A stretch of 64,000 bases of DNA, taken from NCBI GenBank assembly GCA_030141605.1, contig JAQGDQ010000276.1:62001-126000 (forward strand). Direction: 5' to 3'. The first letter of the stretch is position 1, and every line of letters starts with the position of its first letter. Of the stretch, positions 45,701 through 62,800 are shown piece by piece. This DNA comes from Tubiluchus corallicola. Its lineage: Eukaryota > Animalia > Priapulida. The notes below the pieces were generated by a model. It was not told the DNA's origin, searched no databases, and saw nothing but the letters and a program-made list of their open reading frames with translations. Made by a program: the position numbers and the translations under genes.

Positions 45701-46888
45701 TCATAATATTTTGCTATCAAGTACATAGGACTATCCAAATTTTTACATTTTTGTCCCATGCTTCCGCATACACTTAAAACATCTTTAGACTGAAAAAAGT
45801 TATACGCTAAAAACATTTCCACGAAAAACAATTGTTCCAATTAAAAAAATTATTAACTTTTTCTCTACATGTAAGAAAAAGAAGTATCTTCATTTTGTAA
45901 TTTTGTAAACACAAGTAAAGTCCAAAATCGCTACTTAGCAGGTAATCATATGTGAGTATAACCAATCTTGCATAGGCACCGCTCACACTGGGCTTCAAGT
46001 CGACAGTACATCTTAATTTAACTCGTTACGCATCCCTTCTGTCTTCATGATGTTGATCTTTCCGCGCATCTGCCGACTGCTTTTAGCACCTCCTTTACCC
46101 TGGGAGTATACTTTTCGGCTAATATTTGTACGAAATTGGTACACTTGTTAACATTTTAGTGCTTATTAGTCGCTGACCATCTCCTAAACATCAACAGATC
46201 CTGAAGCCATAGAGTTAATCTGCTCACACATGGAGAGCTCAAGCGGCAAGCTAAGCAAGTGTTGGAGAAGTTGTTGGGTTCCTTTGAGTACACTAAGCAT
46301 CTGGCACAATGATGTGTCCACGCTTAAACAAACATATAATCTATCTAAATATATATAAATATATCCATCAACGAAAGCCGACAATCACGCTTTAAGGCTC
46401 TCGTCCTTATGCCCGAAATTTCCCTGTATCATATTTACAATCCTACAACGAGATTAAATCTTTAAGATCTTAAAAGCATGTCTTTGCAAACTGTGCATAA
46501 AGCGTACACATTGTACATCTTGTTAACTATTTTAATTTCGCAAGTTACGATTAAGCAATATAGTAAGTCTATGGATGCTAAGCGCAGTATAAAAGTGTCT
46601 ATTAATTACCACAATAACAAAAGTATAACTGGAGTTCTTATAAAAAACTAATACAGGTGAAGAAACATTTCGCTGCAGTTCCTATTTTATATTTGGAGAT
46701 ATTATTGACTACTTATATTTTGGAGCTTTTTATTATTATGTTTTTGTCTTTTATAAACCTTCATTTTTGCATGTCATTTTGCAGCAATATCAGTAGCAAC
46801 TTTAGGCACATTATTAGGCACTTATATAGAACTAATGTACCACAATATCAAATAAAAATTACACGTCAGCGCAAATGTGAAGAAAGAG

Positions 46889-47096
<208 letters not shown>

Positions 47097-49898
47097 ACTT
47101 TACAGAACCATGAATTCTTTGTTTATGTATTATGTGACCAGTTCTCGTGGCCTTTACAGCCTCGGGGAAATGGTCCTGTTTAAATGCACACATACTTAAT
47201 ACAAGCCTAATGTACTTTCCTGGTACGCAGCCCAATTATTATTTATTTTTCACACAAAACACAATGAATAATATCAAACGGGAGGAACGTAAACGGCTGC
47301 CGCTAGAAATCCAGTTAAATCCCCTAGCTTTTCACCATAATGCTTTCATTATACTCGCCAGCTTTGTATAACATTGCATAAGCTTTGTTTTCATTGTTTA
47401 TGGATTTCTAATGCACCATTTGCTCAACAGTTTTGTAGCGCTGACGGCCCTGGTATAAATGCTTACTTAGTAAATCTAACCCACAACAAACCCTAAATAA
47501 CAATATTATTTCTGCACAGAGTTGTAGTTTTGAAAAGGTTTTTTCTTATTATTTTTCGGCGGTTTCAACACACAGTGTTGTAACGAATAAGTGACTTAGC
47601 CGAAAGCGAAATACTCGATAATCCATTATTTTGTCAAACTAACGTCTTTATAAACTGCGTAAAACCAAAATGTGCACTAGCAAAAGGCTGTATTTAACGA
47701 AATTTCTATAGAATGATTCAAACGAACTATTATATAATTACAAACAGACAATATATAATTAACTAAAATAAAATAAAAAATCATTTGGCCATGATTAATG
47801 TTAAACTCATTCCCGTGTAATCCGCAAACATATAAATAAAAGGGTAAAATACTAGAAAAAAAACCTAGTCGAACATTTTCACATTACTTGTTTTAATCTT
47901 AACACATGTTCGTTATTGTTATAATCTTCTTAAAATAAAATTATGCCCTTGGAATATCCCGCAGATATTAGTTAAATTACCAAAAATTATGCCATTATTA
48001 AAGCGCACAATTGTGTCGCTAAATTAATTAAAAAACGAATTAAACGTTGAAAATTAGTAGGTTTGAAATAAGTTATAGCTTTAAGCCCTTAATAGCAGCG
48101 TCGCTTAATACGCAAATCGCAGTATATAGCATACAAGAAGAATGGAACAAAATCGTAATTTCTGCAATGAAAAACGCAAGGTGTGAAAAAATTGCTTGTG
48201 GTGTGCTACTAAGAAAAGAGCGAATGCTTTATGCAACAAAACCATAAACAGAATTAGAATAAACGTTGAAAACAATATTAGTCATTCTTCGTCTCCTCCT
48301 CTTCCTTCCTTCTTCTTCTTCTGCTTCCCTTTCTTTTTCATTTTGATCTCCTTCTTGGTCGCCTTTCCCTTCCTTTTCGTATTATTCTTTTTCTTGCCAA
48401 CAGCAGCCACAACTGGCAACATTTAATACTGATACTGGAATCACTAATCAACTTTACAGTAGTTTTTCGTTGTCTTAATAAGCTCGAACAGTTTATAATT
48501 ATAGAAACAGAAAGGATGAGTGGAAATATTTCAAGTAGCGCTGAGTATCTATACATGAAAGCCTAAATGTTTAACTAAGGTCTCGTACTCCTACACTAAC
48601 AATGTAAAATAAGTGGTTTTCTCTTAATTACGTACCGGTCAAGGCTCGGACAGTTCAATGGGCATGTATGAATGTTTTTCTATCTCTGTGTAAGCCATGC
48701 CAGTCTTACGCGCTATTTAAAGTTCACGGGACTTCATAAATAATGGCTACTTAAACTTGCGCAGTCGGTGATTAGGTCCATCGAGTGGTTTATTCGCCAT
48801 GTTTGGTCAGAAGATGCTCACCTGTGCTTTTATATCAACTAAATGAACTAACCTTCTTTGTCCATTTACAAAGCACCGGGATTATAGGTTTATGGAGGAG
48901 CTCAATTAGAGAGGCAGAACCTCTTAACACCTTCTCTTCTCAATACTGCATACAACCTTGTTAATCCGACATGACCGTTTCAAATACACAAACCAACTAA
49001 ACAAAAGAAGCAATTAAGGGTATCTACTTAATGGTACTATCACTCATTATTAGCTATCTTCATACATTCCTTAGATCGAAATAATTATTATAGTAAGTGC
49101 AACACGGATATCGTGTACACTGCTTGCAGGCATTATAATTCTCTCTCGCAATGTTTTACATGCATAATAAACAACAAAATGAAAAAAGTTGCTGAACAAA
49201 TGACTAAAACAGATCAAAAGTGAAGGCTATTTCATATCTTGACGTCTTATTGTTCCCAATCAGTAACTCTCAAAACAGTAATACTAAAATTAAAAATTGT
49301 AAACCCTATATTGGCATCAAATTTAAGCCAATTATAAAATTTAAACTTCCAAAAAGGCCTTCTTACCCTCTCTCATTCCCAGTAGGCTACTAAACAGTGT
49401 TCACTTATAACTTATGGGTTGTTTCTTAAAAACAACTATAAAATAAAAAGAAATACAATAAAAACATAAAATGTAATTATTTAAATTTCAGGGTCGACCA
49501 TAGCATTGGGAGAATCTTCTGTCTTGTTTCTATCCTCCAAGTCCGCTTAATTTTTCAGGGATTTCTGCAGATTACCACGTCCCAAAGCAAAAGCCCCAAG
49601 GAATCACTTGACTTGATTCACAGGATGACTTATAAAATCACGTAACAAAAATCAGTACATTAATATGGATTTTAGTTAACAGCAAAGTTTGGTTTTAAAA
49701 AATTAATTAATTCGGAAAATAAACTAAATAAAAGGAAAACTCAATATTTTTTAAGAACACGGAACTAAACTTTTATAACTGCAAACCATAACTAAAAACA
49801 TTATAATTTTACTCCTAGTCATATGTTTAATGCTGATCAAATTTAGCGTTGGATTTAGTAATACTGTACCAGAGCATAAAGAGACTTTCTCTGATCAT

Positions 49899-49943
49899 TT
49901 AACTCCTTCCCACTCATACTTTACTCCTTCCCACTCATACTTT
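49899..49943. repeat. 21-bp tandem duplication
   Basis: ACTCCTTCCCACTCATACTTT occurs twice. Confidence 0.9.
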
Positions 49944-50458
49944 TTGTAACTAGTTTAATGTACATGTAAAGAAACAGATTGAAACTGTCCTCTTTTACGC
50001 TAAACACGATAGCACTGTCGCTCTGTTGTTTGCTTCACTCGTCTATTCCTCTATTCGCTTTAGAGCTTCACTTACAAAACGCGTCACACATGCATAGTCT
50101 TGATATTTGTACTAGATGCATAGCAGTATAAATGGCAGATTGCCGTTTATTTTAGCATATCTTTCCCGCTGTGTAGTATGCATTTGCAACTTTGATTCCA
50201 TGTTTTTTGTTTATTATTATTATTATTATTATTATTTATTTTGATTCATCTAGCTAAAAGTAATCGAAAATCAGCATTAATATATTTTTTCACTTCTTTC
50301 GTTTCTGACGTTTTAAAGTACAACAATAACAAACAAAGATTCGAATAACCAACAATAACAACACACCACCAAGAATTTAAAAACTTATTCATAGATCTCT
50401 GTAACTGTTTTAGGCTTTTTTCACTTACATTATATTTAACCTCTGCGCAAATGAGTAG

Positions 50459-50644
<186 letters not shown>

Positions 50645-53220
50645 GGTGCGTGTGATATGAACTTTTTGGTAATTCTGTTAATTAATTAACTTGTTCGAGT
50701 CTATTGCACTGTTCAATACGCAAGTTTGGTAACACATGTGTTGAAGACCCTGTGTGTTGCAATAACATGTATTTGAAACGTAAACTTCTGTTCATTGGCC
50801 ACATCTGGAAACATGTACAAAAGACCTGACTCAGAGCGTATGAAAACAATTTATGTTAGCATGGAGTCTAGTTTTATATACCTCCATTATGTGAGAAAGT
50901 TTGGGTGGTAAAATAAATTGTGCTTCGATACTGCTCTGGCCGAGGTATAAATGTAATAAATAAGTCAATGTGTGGTCGAGTTAGCTTTCAAAAGCGGCTT
51001 GTTAAAAACGTTAAGTATGGATTATTAGCTGAAGCCCAGTATTCGCCTTTAATCGGTGCAAGAAATGAGTAATTGTTATTATTTAATAAGTAGGGCTTTA
51101 CGGAATGACGCTGTATGCGCGTAAATATAATTAAATCTTCTGATTTTATATCACACTACTAACCCATTACTTAGTTTATTATTAATATTACATCAAGAAA
51201 GTAATAGTCGGCTGTCTTAATATAATTGTTGTTAAATAATAATTAGTAAATCAATGGTAAATAGATCAACATGTGTATTAATAATGATTTCAAAGGTAAT
51301 AACCTGCTGTTTTTTATTTAGATTATAAATTGCGTGCTAAAATTGTAAGTTTATGATTAGCGATTAACAGCCTACATTATTGTGAAGGTGTTACCATTGG
51401 TGGTGGTTAATTAAATAAACACATGTTCCGGTCTTATATTTTACATTAGTTAGTCCTAATCCCTTAGAGAAATATCATTAAAAGAACAATTCCAGAAAAA
51501 TGAAACCGCGAGGCCAACGTAAAGTCAAGGACTAATAATCTCTACGAAGTGTTACGGCTGAACAAAGTAGGCCTATACAGTTTCACTTACGTAGTGAAAT
51601 CCACTGAATCAGATAGCAAAACATTTATTCACGTATGTATGTAATTAGCGTACCAAGAAGGGTTTCCTCCGCATAGGCCACTTATCAATATCATCAAGAA
51701 GGGACAGATTACATCAGCGCTACAAGAACCGGGTGCAAGAACCGAGAAGCACTAGTATGAAGTGAAACATAAAATCAAATGGTAAACTTCAGATTTCAAT
51801 CCACAAACTCTCAGCTGCGAGTTGCATTCCAGCAAGTTTTCATTAACATATAGAACTTTTTATTTAAGGCGCCTTTTTACATCAGCATGTAATACAGGTA
51901 TTTTATTGGCAATCATATCGTCATCAAAAAAAATCTTTCATAAATTCGTTAATTATATAATGTGCATTTTTACGTTTCGTTAAAAACCTGAAGAAAAACT
52001 GATATTTGCGAGCCGCTTCTCCTGTGCAGCCTCAACGTAAACTACGGCTGAAAAAGGAACCTCCCTCTCACACTTTCCAGCGCTTCTTGTGTAAATAGAC
52101 TCCCCGGCTGCGCCCCGCTTATTTCGTTACAGGATAATCTCATATCGGGTGAAATTAATCCTTTTGATTTGATAGAATTTTGGAGAGTAATGATATTATA
52201 GCAGGGCTCTCTGCTTGCGTAGACAATACAGGAAATACTTCTAAAAACGACAAAGATTCTGCTAATTACCATGAAAAGTAAGTACGTTAATTTAACGTTA
52301 GCGTATATAATAACAACTGGGAAGAAACTATATAATGTCTTAGTTACACAGTTTAATTTTGCACACATATACTGAGTAACATACTTGGATATTAGTTATG
52401 GAAGTTTTCGTTATTTGTCTACAACATTCGTGCAATCACAATTATAGACACTTATAAGCTTTATTTTCACAGAACTATTTAATGAAATGAGAAATATCAC
52501 TTCGGATTTCAAATCACAAGAGATCACTTTCATAGTGATCTAAAATTTAGCAAAAAAAATCATCACTCATGTGACAGCTTAAATTACTGAATCTAGTACA
52601 TTTCAGTTCCCTATTACAAGACAAGGCAACGCTCATGAAGTAAATTGGCAGCAAGTGATAAGAGGAAGCTCACAATAAAAACCTAATCACATCTTCACGG
52701 CTTCACTGAACAATGTAATTGAAGAAACATTTAGCCTGATACGAAAACAATGCCGCCAATATAAAACAACAAATTCAATAACATGCTTCCATTTTCTCGC
52801 CATTACAAAAATAATTGACTATCTAAAAGAGACAGTTTGTGCTGAGCAAGTGCAGCGCAACGCGGAACAAGGGAAAGGAGATTGCGATCTGTGGCAAATA
52901 TGATTTGCTGCTTGTCAAAGTTGTTCCTCCAACAAATCAGCCCACCGCTGCGCAAACGTATTTGCAATATTATACAGCATTACCTGACTGAGTGACTTCG
53001 TGAACTGTATGAAAGTTATGGAAAATGTAAAGAACGGCATTGTCCCATTTAATTGTCATCACCGTTCTCGTCGTTGTCGTCGTCCTCGACGTCATCATCA
53101 TCATTATCACTATAGCTTATTTTATAATTATAACTGTGTTTTGTACTGAAAAGGTTGGATAGATGAATATTTCTTTCACTTGTTTTATAGAATCCGGGTT
53201 TTTTCCTCTCACGCTAATAT

Positions 53221-53288
53221 TATATGTGTGCGTGCGTGCGTGCGTGCGTGTGTGTGTGTGTATGTATGTATGTATGTATGTATGTATG

Positions 53289-53321
<33 letters not shown>
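53221..53321. repeat. Compound (TGCG)n(TG)n(TATG)n(TA)n microsatellite
   Basis: Visible. Confidence 0.97.
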
Positions 53322-53325
<4 letters not shown>

Positions 53326-55899
53326 CGTCGTTTCTGGGACAGTGTAGACAGTGCAAAAGTTACGCAGACAATAAATATATTACCTGGCTTCCGCCTTTAC
53401 CACAACACGCAAAACTGGACATTTTTGCGCGAACTATTTACAAGCAACATGCATGATTACATAAGCAGACAGTGATTATAACTCTTTAAGCCGTATTTTC
53501 CAACGCCTTTTGTGCGGCTGTCGGCATAACATATAAAGGATGCTTAGGTAGAAAAATATTTATAGCATGCACTTGACGAGAATTAATTAAACCTGACATC
53601 GATCAGAGGCTCACGTGCAGCTTAGCAAAAGCATTCAGAAGCAGTGAAAAGAGTTTTTCAATTTACCTCACCTCACACAAACCTATCCATTAACTTGCGC
53701 CTGTTTGTATGTTATTACACGCACACAACTGGATAATGCGCTCACTTATTAGGTTACCTAATATGGGGCTTTTATTCGATGAAGCTATTCAGCTCGCACA
53801 AATCGCCTGATTATTCGTATATTACACATAAATTGGGATTTTATGTAGTAATCACACGCGGGGCAGTAAGTGTTTATGAAAATGCTAAAAGACTGCAATT
53901 ACTAACAATAAAAGTAGCAAGGTGCAAGCAGCTACAAAAATCTGTTTCAGTTTTTTTTCAGCATGTCCATGTAATCCTGACAAAAGCAATAAATTCAATT
54001 AATAAATTTTATTAATTTATGTATAAACAAAACAGAAAACTTCTTTGTCGAATGGATGGGCAAAGTGTACCGGAAATATGTGAATGTAGAGATAATTATA
54101 GTCACTGAGACACTCTGAACACCAATGACCAAATATGCATCTTTGTCCGGAATGAGATACATTGGGTTGGGGCTAGGGTTTTCTGCACAACTCCCTATCT
54201 TTTAACATAGCCATTTCGTGAATATGCTATTTATTTAAAAATTTAAATGCAAAGTTACTCTATTGTGACTACAACGAAAACGAGAACAAGACCGGCTACA
54301 CGGCGAAAAATATCTGTTTATAAGGTTACATCGCAAGCCAGTAACACAAAAACTTTTTTACACCAATTATACACAATACATTTTAATTGTAATCTTGCTT
54401 CTTCCATTTAACTTTCATTCAAATGTCAAACAATTACTTTTTATGTAATATATACGTTATTCTTTATCATTACAGTTATGTTGATTTTTCTGCACAATTT
54501 TAATTTTGTGCACTCGCATGCTAATTTTATTATACTGCATTGTAACTTCTGTGTTAAATATATAAATTAAATTATACAGACGCTAAAAATGTTATTACAT
54601 AAATGTTATTCCTAGACAGCTTTGTCTAGGAAATACTTGTATTAATATGAAAGAAACAACTTTGTTATACATAATGTTATTACAGTTTTCTTATTCTATT
54701 GCATGCAGTATTTAGCTGGACCTGCATGATACGACTGTATAAAGTAAACGAAATAATCATTATTTATAGTAGTTAATCATTGCACAAATAGAGCCTATGT
54801 AGACACGTTATTGTATACTAGTCAAGCAAACGGTGAAGACATTTTATTAAATTTAAATAGTCTTTGTAATGGTGAACAAATTTATTTGTGTAGGCCTGCA
54901 TAACTTATGTATGACTGTATCTAGTTAATAATAATACCAAGATTAATATTTTATAATTAACACGGCCATGTGTCTTAGACACTCATTCAAATGGTTAGAA
55001 GTTGCATTTACATGGTAAAAAAGTAATTCCTCGTCAGGCGCAGTCTTTTTTGCATTAATTAACTGTAAGGCTTTCAAAACTATGGCCAGTAAGGCAATAG
55101 AAAAGATGGCAGTCATGAAATGTAATAATCATTGTGATTTAACGGCAAAAGTTTTGTTTTCTTAGTCTTATATTAAAGCTCTTATCTCGCGTGAAGCCAT
55201 AGTATAGTGTATACACACTCAGAGTCAGTAGAATGAAGCCTGCCAGGCAGCGTATACATAGCGGCGCGCTTTCACAATACGTCTCTATTCTGTTTGCGAA
55301 AGCTAAAGCTCTGCCTCTTATCGCCGTGTAACCATGTACAGACGAGAAAAGAGGCTTTGCAAAGGCGTTTGTACTCGGATAAGAATTACTAGTTATCTTT
55401 CGAAAACAAGTGTTCCGATTAAGTGCGATGTTAGGCTTCACGAATCCGCCCAGCCAAGCAAATATTTGTGAACTTTTTGTTCTGTGCCGGCATCAACGCA
55501 TTGCAAGATATTTCAATTAAGATAGCTTTACTTTAGTAAAAAGTTAGCAGCTTAGAAGAAATTACACATTTAAGTTCTGAAGTTAGTCAGATGTTAAACG
55601 GTGATACCAAATAAAGGAATCGTTTTGCTGTCTTGCTGTTAAGGTCAATGGAACAAAAGTCATTTAGCGACAGTCTAAGTTGTACAATGAAACTACGGAA
55701 AACACTACATTTGCATTTGCAAACACATATCTGCAACAAGTTATGCTTTTCATGCACCATTTTATATGAACTGTGTTAACTAAAATTTCCCTTGTTGTTA
55801 CCACAGAAAATTGCAATTCCCATATAAGGAACGCAACTATATAAAAAAGAACGATGACAACTTTATCAAAATTAGAAAACAAATATTTTAACAAGAAAG

Positions 55900-56220
55900 C
55901 AATCCCATATTATTGGTAGGCAGCAGATATGGAACAACACTCTATTATCACACTATAAGTGTTAATTATCAAGTTCTAGCAGAGTAACCTAAATATGCCT
56001 AGTTTTGAAATATAATAACTTAACTTTATTAATTTATTCCTGCAATATTTGTAACGCAGTTTCGGGTAATACTTACAATGATAACCTTGATAGGCTAGTT
56101 AAAATACAAAAAAGACTCATTGCTCATATCAGCACATATTACGGTCCTATGACGCAAAAAGATATAAGCAATGTGCAACATCTTAAAGCCAAAACGAAAA
56201 TGTTTTACTAATTCACTTTC
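55900..56220 (+). mobile_element. L2/Crack-like LINE ORF2 remnant
   Basis: LIYSCNICNAVSGNTYNDNLDRLVKIQKRLIAHIS resembles the post-RT motif YCxxVWGNTYxxxLxxLxxLQKRxxRII. Confidence 0.5.
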
Positions 56221-58199
56221 TATTAAATTGTAATTTTAGCTTGTGTTATATGTAGTTGCCATTATTTTTAACTTTTATCATTTTAGTTTATACATTGATA
56301 CTTGAATACGGTGCTCTTTAACTAGGTACCTCATTACTACATGTATTTTTATCTGTCAACTAAGAAAAAAGTATAAAGATAGAACTCTTTGCAACATAAA
56401 CAGGTGAATAAGTCGGTAGACTGTAATACCTTCACGTCATAGAAATATCTAAGCTATAAACTCGATGTTTTAATACATACGCTTTAGGAAACTGTACAAT
56501 ATGAATAATGTGACAGACAGATGTAACAAAAAAACTCAGGAAGTAGTGCTTTATTACCAGCTATAATGGCTTTCTGTGCCATGTACGGCGGTTTCGCACA
56601 ACTATAAACTATAAAGAAAAAACTATAATAGGAAGCCCATTAGTTGGATACTTAGTTCTTGTCCTTGAGAAATTAGCTCTGACAGGTAGTTTACAAGGCT
56701 ACTCCTAATAATAAAAATACTGTCCAGCCCAATTGGTTTAGCCCAATACAGAAAGTGATTTTAAGTTTAAATATTTGTGAATGATAAAATAATGGAATAG
56801 TGCCGGATTACTGTAATTTGGACATTTAAGCACAAGATAACCCTTGATACACAAGATACATACAAAGATCTAAAAAATACAAATTGAAATTTTAAATCAC
56901 CTGCATGCTGTCTACAGCCCACAGAGCTTATAATACATTAGCAGCAACATCGTATAAAACTTGAAATTAAAACTTTAGCGATGACCATGTGGCGCAGCCA
57001 TTCTGACTGTAGGTCGTTTGAAAGAAGTTTAGATAACATTGCGTAGCTTTAAAAAATAATCAGAGCATTCGTAGCCATACTCATTAACTATGCACAAATC
57101 TTGTCAAACACGTTTTTGACATCGCACAACACGTCAGTGGTGCACACTGGGAAGGATAACTAAGAATTTCTTTTCTAGTTACTTAAGTCTTTTAGGCAGA
57201 TTAGCGTAATGCACTGTAATATAACTTTGTACAGAAAGTTTTTTGAGACATGTTTTAATATTGCCTTTTCTTCCCCTTTAACGGCAAAGTTACTAAACCT
57301 ATACAGTAGGATATGTTGAAACAGAAACTACACTAAATTTTCAACAATAACAACTTTGTTATCAAAAATATTCTCCAGTCTTTAAGTGCGTTGACTTCCA
57401 TTTTACTTGTTGTGTGCAAGTACAAAATTAAATTGCAAGCCAGTACCGTGTTTAAGCAATTTGTCTGAATTATTTCTAAATACGTTATGCAGATAATAGA
57501 AGTTGACCATCCAGGTCCAGTTTTATGTTATTAAGACAAAGCTCAATCTTGTGACTATATAATAAATGACTGTGAGCAACATTAATATCAAGTTTACTGC
57601 ATAACGTCGCCATAAATTCGGCGAACTCGTAAAATTATGTTTACCCCCATAACGTTCAAACACCAAATGTGAAATAAATATTACAAATAACACGCAATAA
57701 ATGCGCCAAATATTTATTAAAGTACCAATATCATGGCAGACTCTTGTTAAAACATTTACATATTGGCCGATCATAAAATAGCAATAGCGCCTATTTTATG
57801 ACCTTGTTTATTTTAGCAACAATTTGCACCCAGAAAACAAATAATTTTGAAGAGATGGTGATAAGGTATTCTAGTGGCCATATAATACTATAAGATATGA
57901 GATGACGAAGGTGGTTTTACAATGTATTAGAACAAGTATCTTCACAAATCACATCAGCATGATGTGATGAACATCAACGCTAGTAATGGGTATTAAAACT
58001 TAATCGACCATGACCCACGGGTCACTGGTCAAAAAGCTACAAGTTGCAACTTTTATTGCGAAGTGGAATTCCTAGATAATCAAGCAAGGCGAATTCAGTA
58101 AAATCAACATTATGACGTTCAGATAAAAGGCTGATGTCACTTCAATGTCTAATTCTGCGAGTGATGTGCAAATGTTCAGTTTCGGGTAAAAGTGGGGTA

Positions 58200-58303
58200 A
58201 TAATAGTCTCTGTTATGTAGTTGTAGCCTTGTAGGTTGTTATTTACAGTCGGCGATAATAGCTCTTTGAGCTAATGTTAATTGTTGACCCAAAAGCCGAC
58301 TTT

Positions 58304-58334
<31 letters not shown>

Positions 58335-58350
58335 CATTATTATTATTATA

Positions 58351-58388
<38 letters not shown>
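58200..58388 (+). mobile_element. 3' end of a LINE/SINE: stem-loop, AATAAA and (TAT)n tail
   Basis: AGTCGGC (58247-58253) pairs with GCCGACT (58295-58301) and encloses TAGCTC-TTT-GAGCTA; AATAAA at 58305; then about 25 TAT units. Confidence 0.6.
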
Positions 58389-58390
<2 letters not shown>

Positions 58391-59741
58391 CGCAGGGTCG
58401 ATGGTACCATTAAGCAAATTAGACGGTCGGCTAGGGCGCAAACGGTTCCAGGGGCGTATCAAGACATTACGATACCCTAAGCTGAGCTTGATAGTCCAGT
58501 CCCGACATCTCTATTATAGATATATAGTTGCTTATATTACTTAAAACGCTGTGCACAATTACGTGTGGTGTATCAGTATCTCTGTTACCTACATGCTATT
58601 ATTAATTATATATGTGTCCATAACTCTTACAGCTAAGTAGGCAGCGCAACTGCTTGTGGTGTAGTAACTCTTATGTAATAAACTAATAATTGTACTTGTT
58701 TGTTATAAAATTGTCATTTATACAAATTGTCATTTATTATGGACTCGGTAACTGCTCGAGGTGCGTTACACAAAACGAGTTTTATATGAATATGAAAGGA
58801 TAGACATTTTCCCAGAAGAACAAGAATTTTTAATACTGAGCTCCTAAATGATTATCCTTTATAATCAGCTAGGTGCTGATAAAGCCACATCACAGTATGT
58901 CCTGCTGTTGAGTGACAGATTCCAGCAAGCAGAAAGGTACTATGAAAAAACATATTATTGTGCAAAACAAAACTCACTCGAGTTGAAAAAATAAACGTAA
59001 TTTTCGAAATAATCGAAAACAACATTGACAAACGCGCGCAATTTTAAACAAAGATCCTTGCAAAAAGAGCACTAAAAATAAAAACCCTTAAAGTTTTCAC
59101 TTTGGCCCTGCTTTGGGTTCACACTCAAGTGACCCACTACTAAATGGTGACTCAAGTGACATCACTAACCCATTTTCAGTTTCAATGAAATGTAAGAATA
59201 ATATGACATTAACCGTTCCATAATTTTACAAGTGTCTTAGTGTGTGTTAGCGGATGTGTTAGTTTCTAAAGATTTATAGAACCACACTGGTCGGGTATTA
59301 CCACGCACCAACTACATAATGGATATTTTTGTAAACAAAATAAATAGGACTTAATTTTAACCAATTTTCATTTAGCTTAGAAACAATTGTGCATTGCGAG
59401 ACAACTTCAAATTTTATTTGATTGCAAAATTTTTATATTTTACCAAGAAGGAAACACAACAACGATGCGTATTCACCTGTAAGTGTCAACAAAAGCTAAT
59501 TTAAGAATTTTTTCTCCATTTTTATTTTTTTTCCTTTTACTGGGTAAATGTTACTGGGTGAAGAAAACTTTTACTATAACAATTACCTCAGATTGAGCAC
59601 ATCCACCCGACAAGGTAAGCAACTAGAATCGGTACAGATACAGAAACCGTTCAGAACGAACACAGGCAGTCATGAACCATTTACTAACCAAATTTCTTTG
59701 TTTCCTATTATTCTACTAATTATAACTAAATATACGGTTTA

Positions 59742-60972
<1,231 letters not shown>

Positions 60973-61299
60973 TGTTTTGTCGTCAGAGTTACAGAATCAT
61001 GTATCTATTGAGCTGCGAAAGAAATGTGCATGCCTCAAATAAAACAATGTAAAAAAAAAATATGTTACTGTTATCAGCACTACTGACAAAATGCATGTAA
61101 TTAATAAGTTACTTATTGATGTAGATTAGCTACTGAGTTGACATTATTCATTAATTGTCAGCAATACCTTTTAATTAATTTGCTAATAATAACACAGATT
61201 AAATAGTTAACTATTTAGGTTAATTATTTAATCGACGGGTTATATTTCACTGGTATAATATATGTCTCTGGAAAACTGTTTGCCATGCTTTGACATGAC

Positions 61300-62800
61300 T
61301 GGAAATGATAAGAAGAGCATTAGTCGTTAACAGGATTAAAATTTCAGTTATTTTACTCTGGTTCTTTGGTTATTTGGCAGACTCAGGCACTTGAGCCTTA
61401 TACATAGGTGACCCAATCCCCAAATTCCCAGGATCCCTAATAAATGAACTTCTGAATAAGATATTTCACAAATTTCAACTATAATAAACTAAAACTAAAT
61501 TAGTTTACATGGAATGGAATCAAAAAATCAAATGCCTTAAAAATCAAAAACCAAAAACACAAAAAATTTTGAAATCCTAGGACAACTTTTTTAAAAGAAC
61601 CAACTGAAGCAGGTACATGTTAGATGTTAATTCATCCGTTAGATGTCTGTATTGACTGAATCTTTAAGAATATCAATAATTAATTGACAAGAATTTCCAA
61701 AACACAACAACAAACATTTCTTAAATATTGACTTATTCATTCCCAAGATTCGATCAAGCTGCAATTACAACAAATTTACTTTCAATGTCAAGAACACAAA
61801 AGTTCAGTTTGTTTAGATATGATTAGAACCTAAATCCATACTTCTGAATTCACAATGCAACGCTTTTGTGCTGCCATCTCTGGTCCTACATTGTGATTAA
61901 TCGACAAATTAATTTTTGGCACTCTCACTAAAAATATTATTCATGTCATTAAGATTAATTTAAATTTTCTACATGTAATTCAAAACCACAAAGTGACAAC
62001 TAAAAATTATAGTGTCATCAGCATAATAGTACTACCTATAACTAAATTTAAATAAAGAAATTAGCTCTGTAATATTTTGTAAACCCAGAAAAACATCATT
62101 AAATCTAATATCATTAAAAGAAAATAAGTTAGATTTTAATTATTCATATAAAAATATTTCATTTAAAGTATTTACTTAATTCTTTGGCACTAATGACTAG
62201 AAATTACTGACTTGGGATTAAATAATTATTAACATCTTGGACATTTCATTAAATAAAAAATATTAAAAACGCATTTAAGTAATTTTGAAAATCTGTGCAA
62301 ACCAATGTCTAAAATAAGCAGCACATGATACATATTATGCATTCAATGTACAATCACAACTGCTATTGTTCCCATAATAATACTGTTTAGTACAATGTTT
62401 ATACATAAGCAAATGGTTGCAATCAAGGCCCACTGCATATTTTTTCTGTAAAACCTTTATAAGTTCCATACATTTTGAGAAATAAGAATCATCAGAACTT
62501 AATAACAAATGAGTCGTGCAGCAGTAGGAAGACTGCTCTAGTTTGAAATATAAGGTCTTTGGTATCGAGATGTGAGTACTTCAAGGTGATTAAAACTCAT
62601 ATTCCACAAAAATGGTGCAAAATACATGCTAAAACTGCTTAAATGCTATAATCTACAATCATTTATAGTCATCTACTATTATGTTAAAATATACTGCATG
62701 CACATATAACTTTCTGTAGCACTTTGCTTGACCATTTAATAGTATGTCCTGAATGTTGAAAGTTTGCTAAACAATATTCCTAGTTCCTACCATAATACTT
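61300..62800 (+). mobile_element. Possible very old, decayed L2/CR1-like LINE
   Basis: A-rich plus strand, visibly CpG-poor, with scattered stop-ridden resemblance to endonuclease and RT motifs; no intact ORF. Confidence 0.3.
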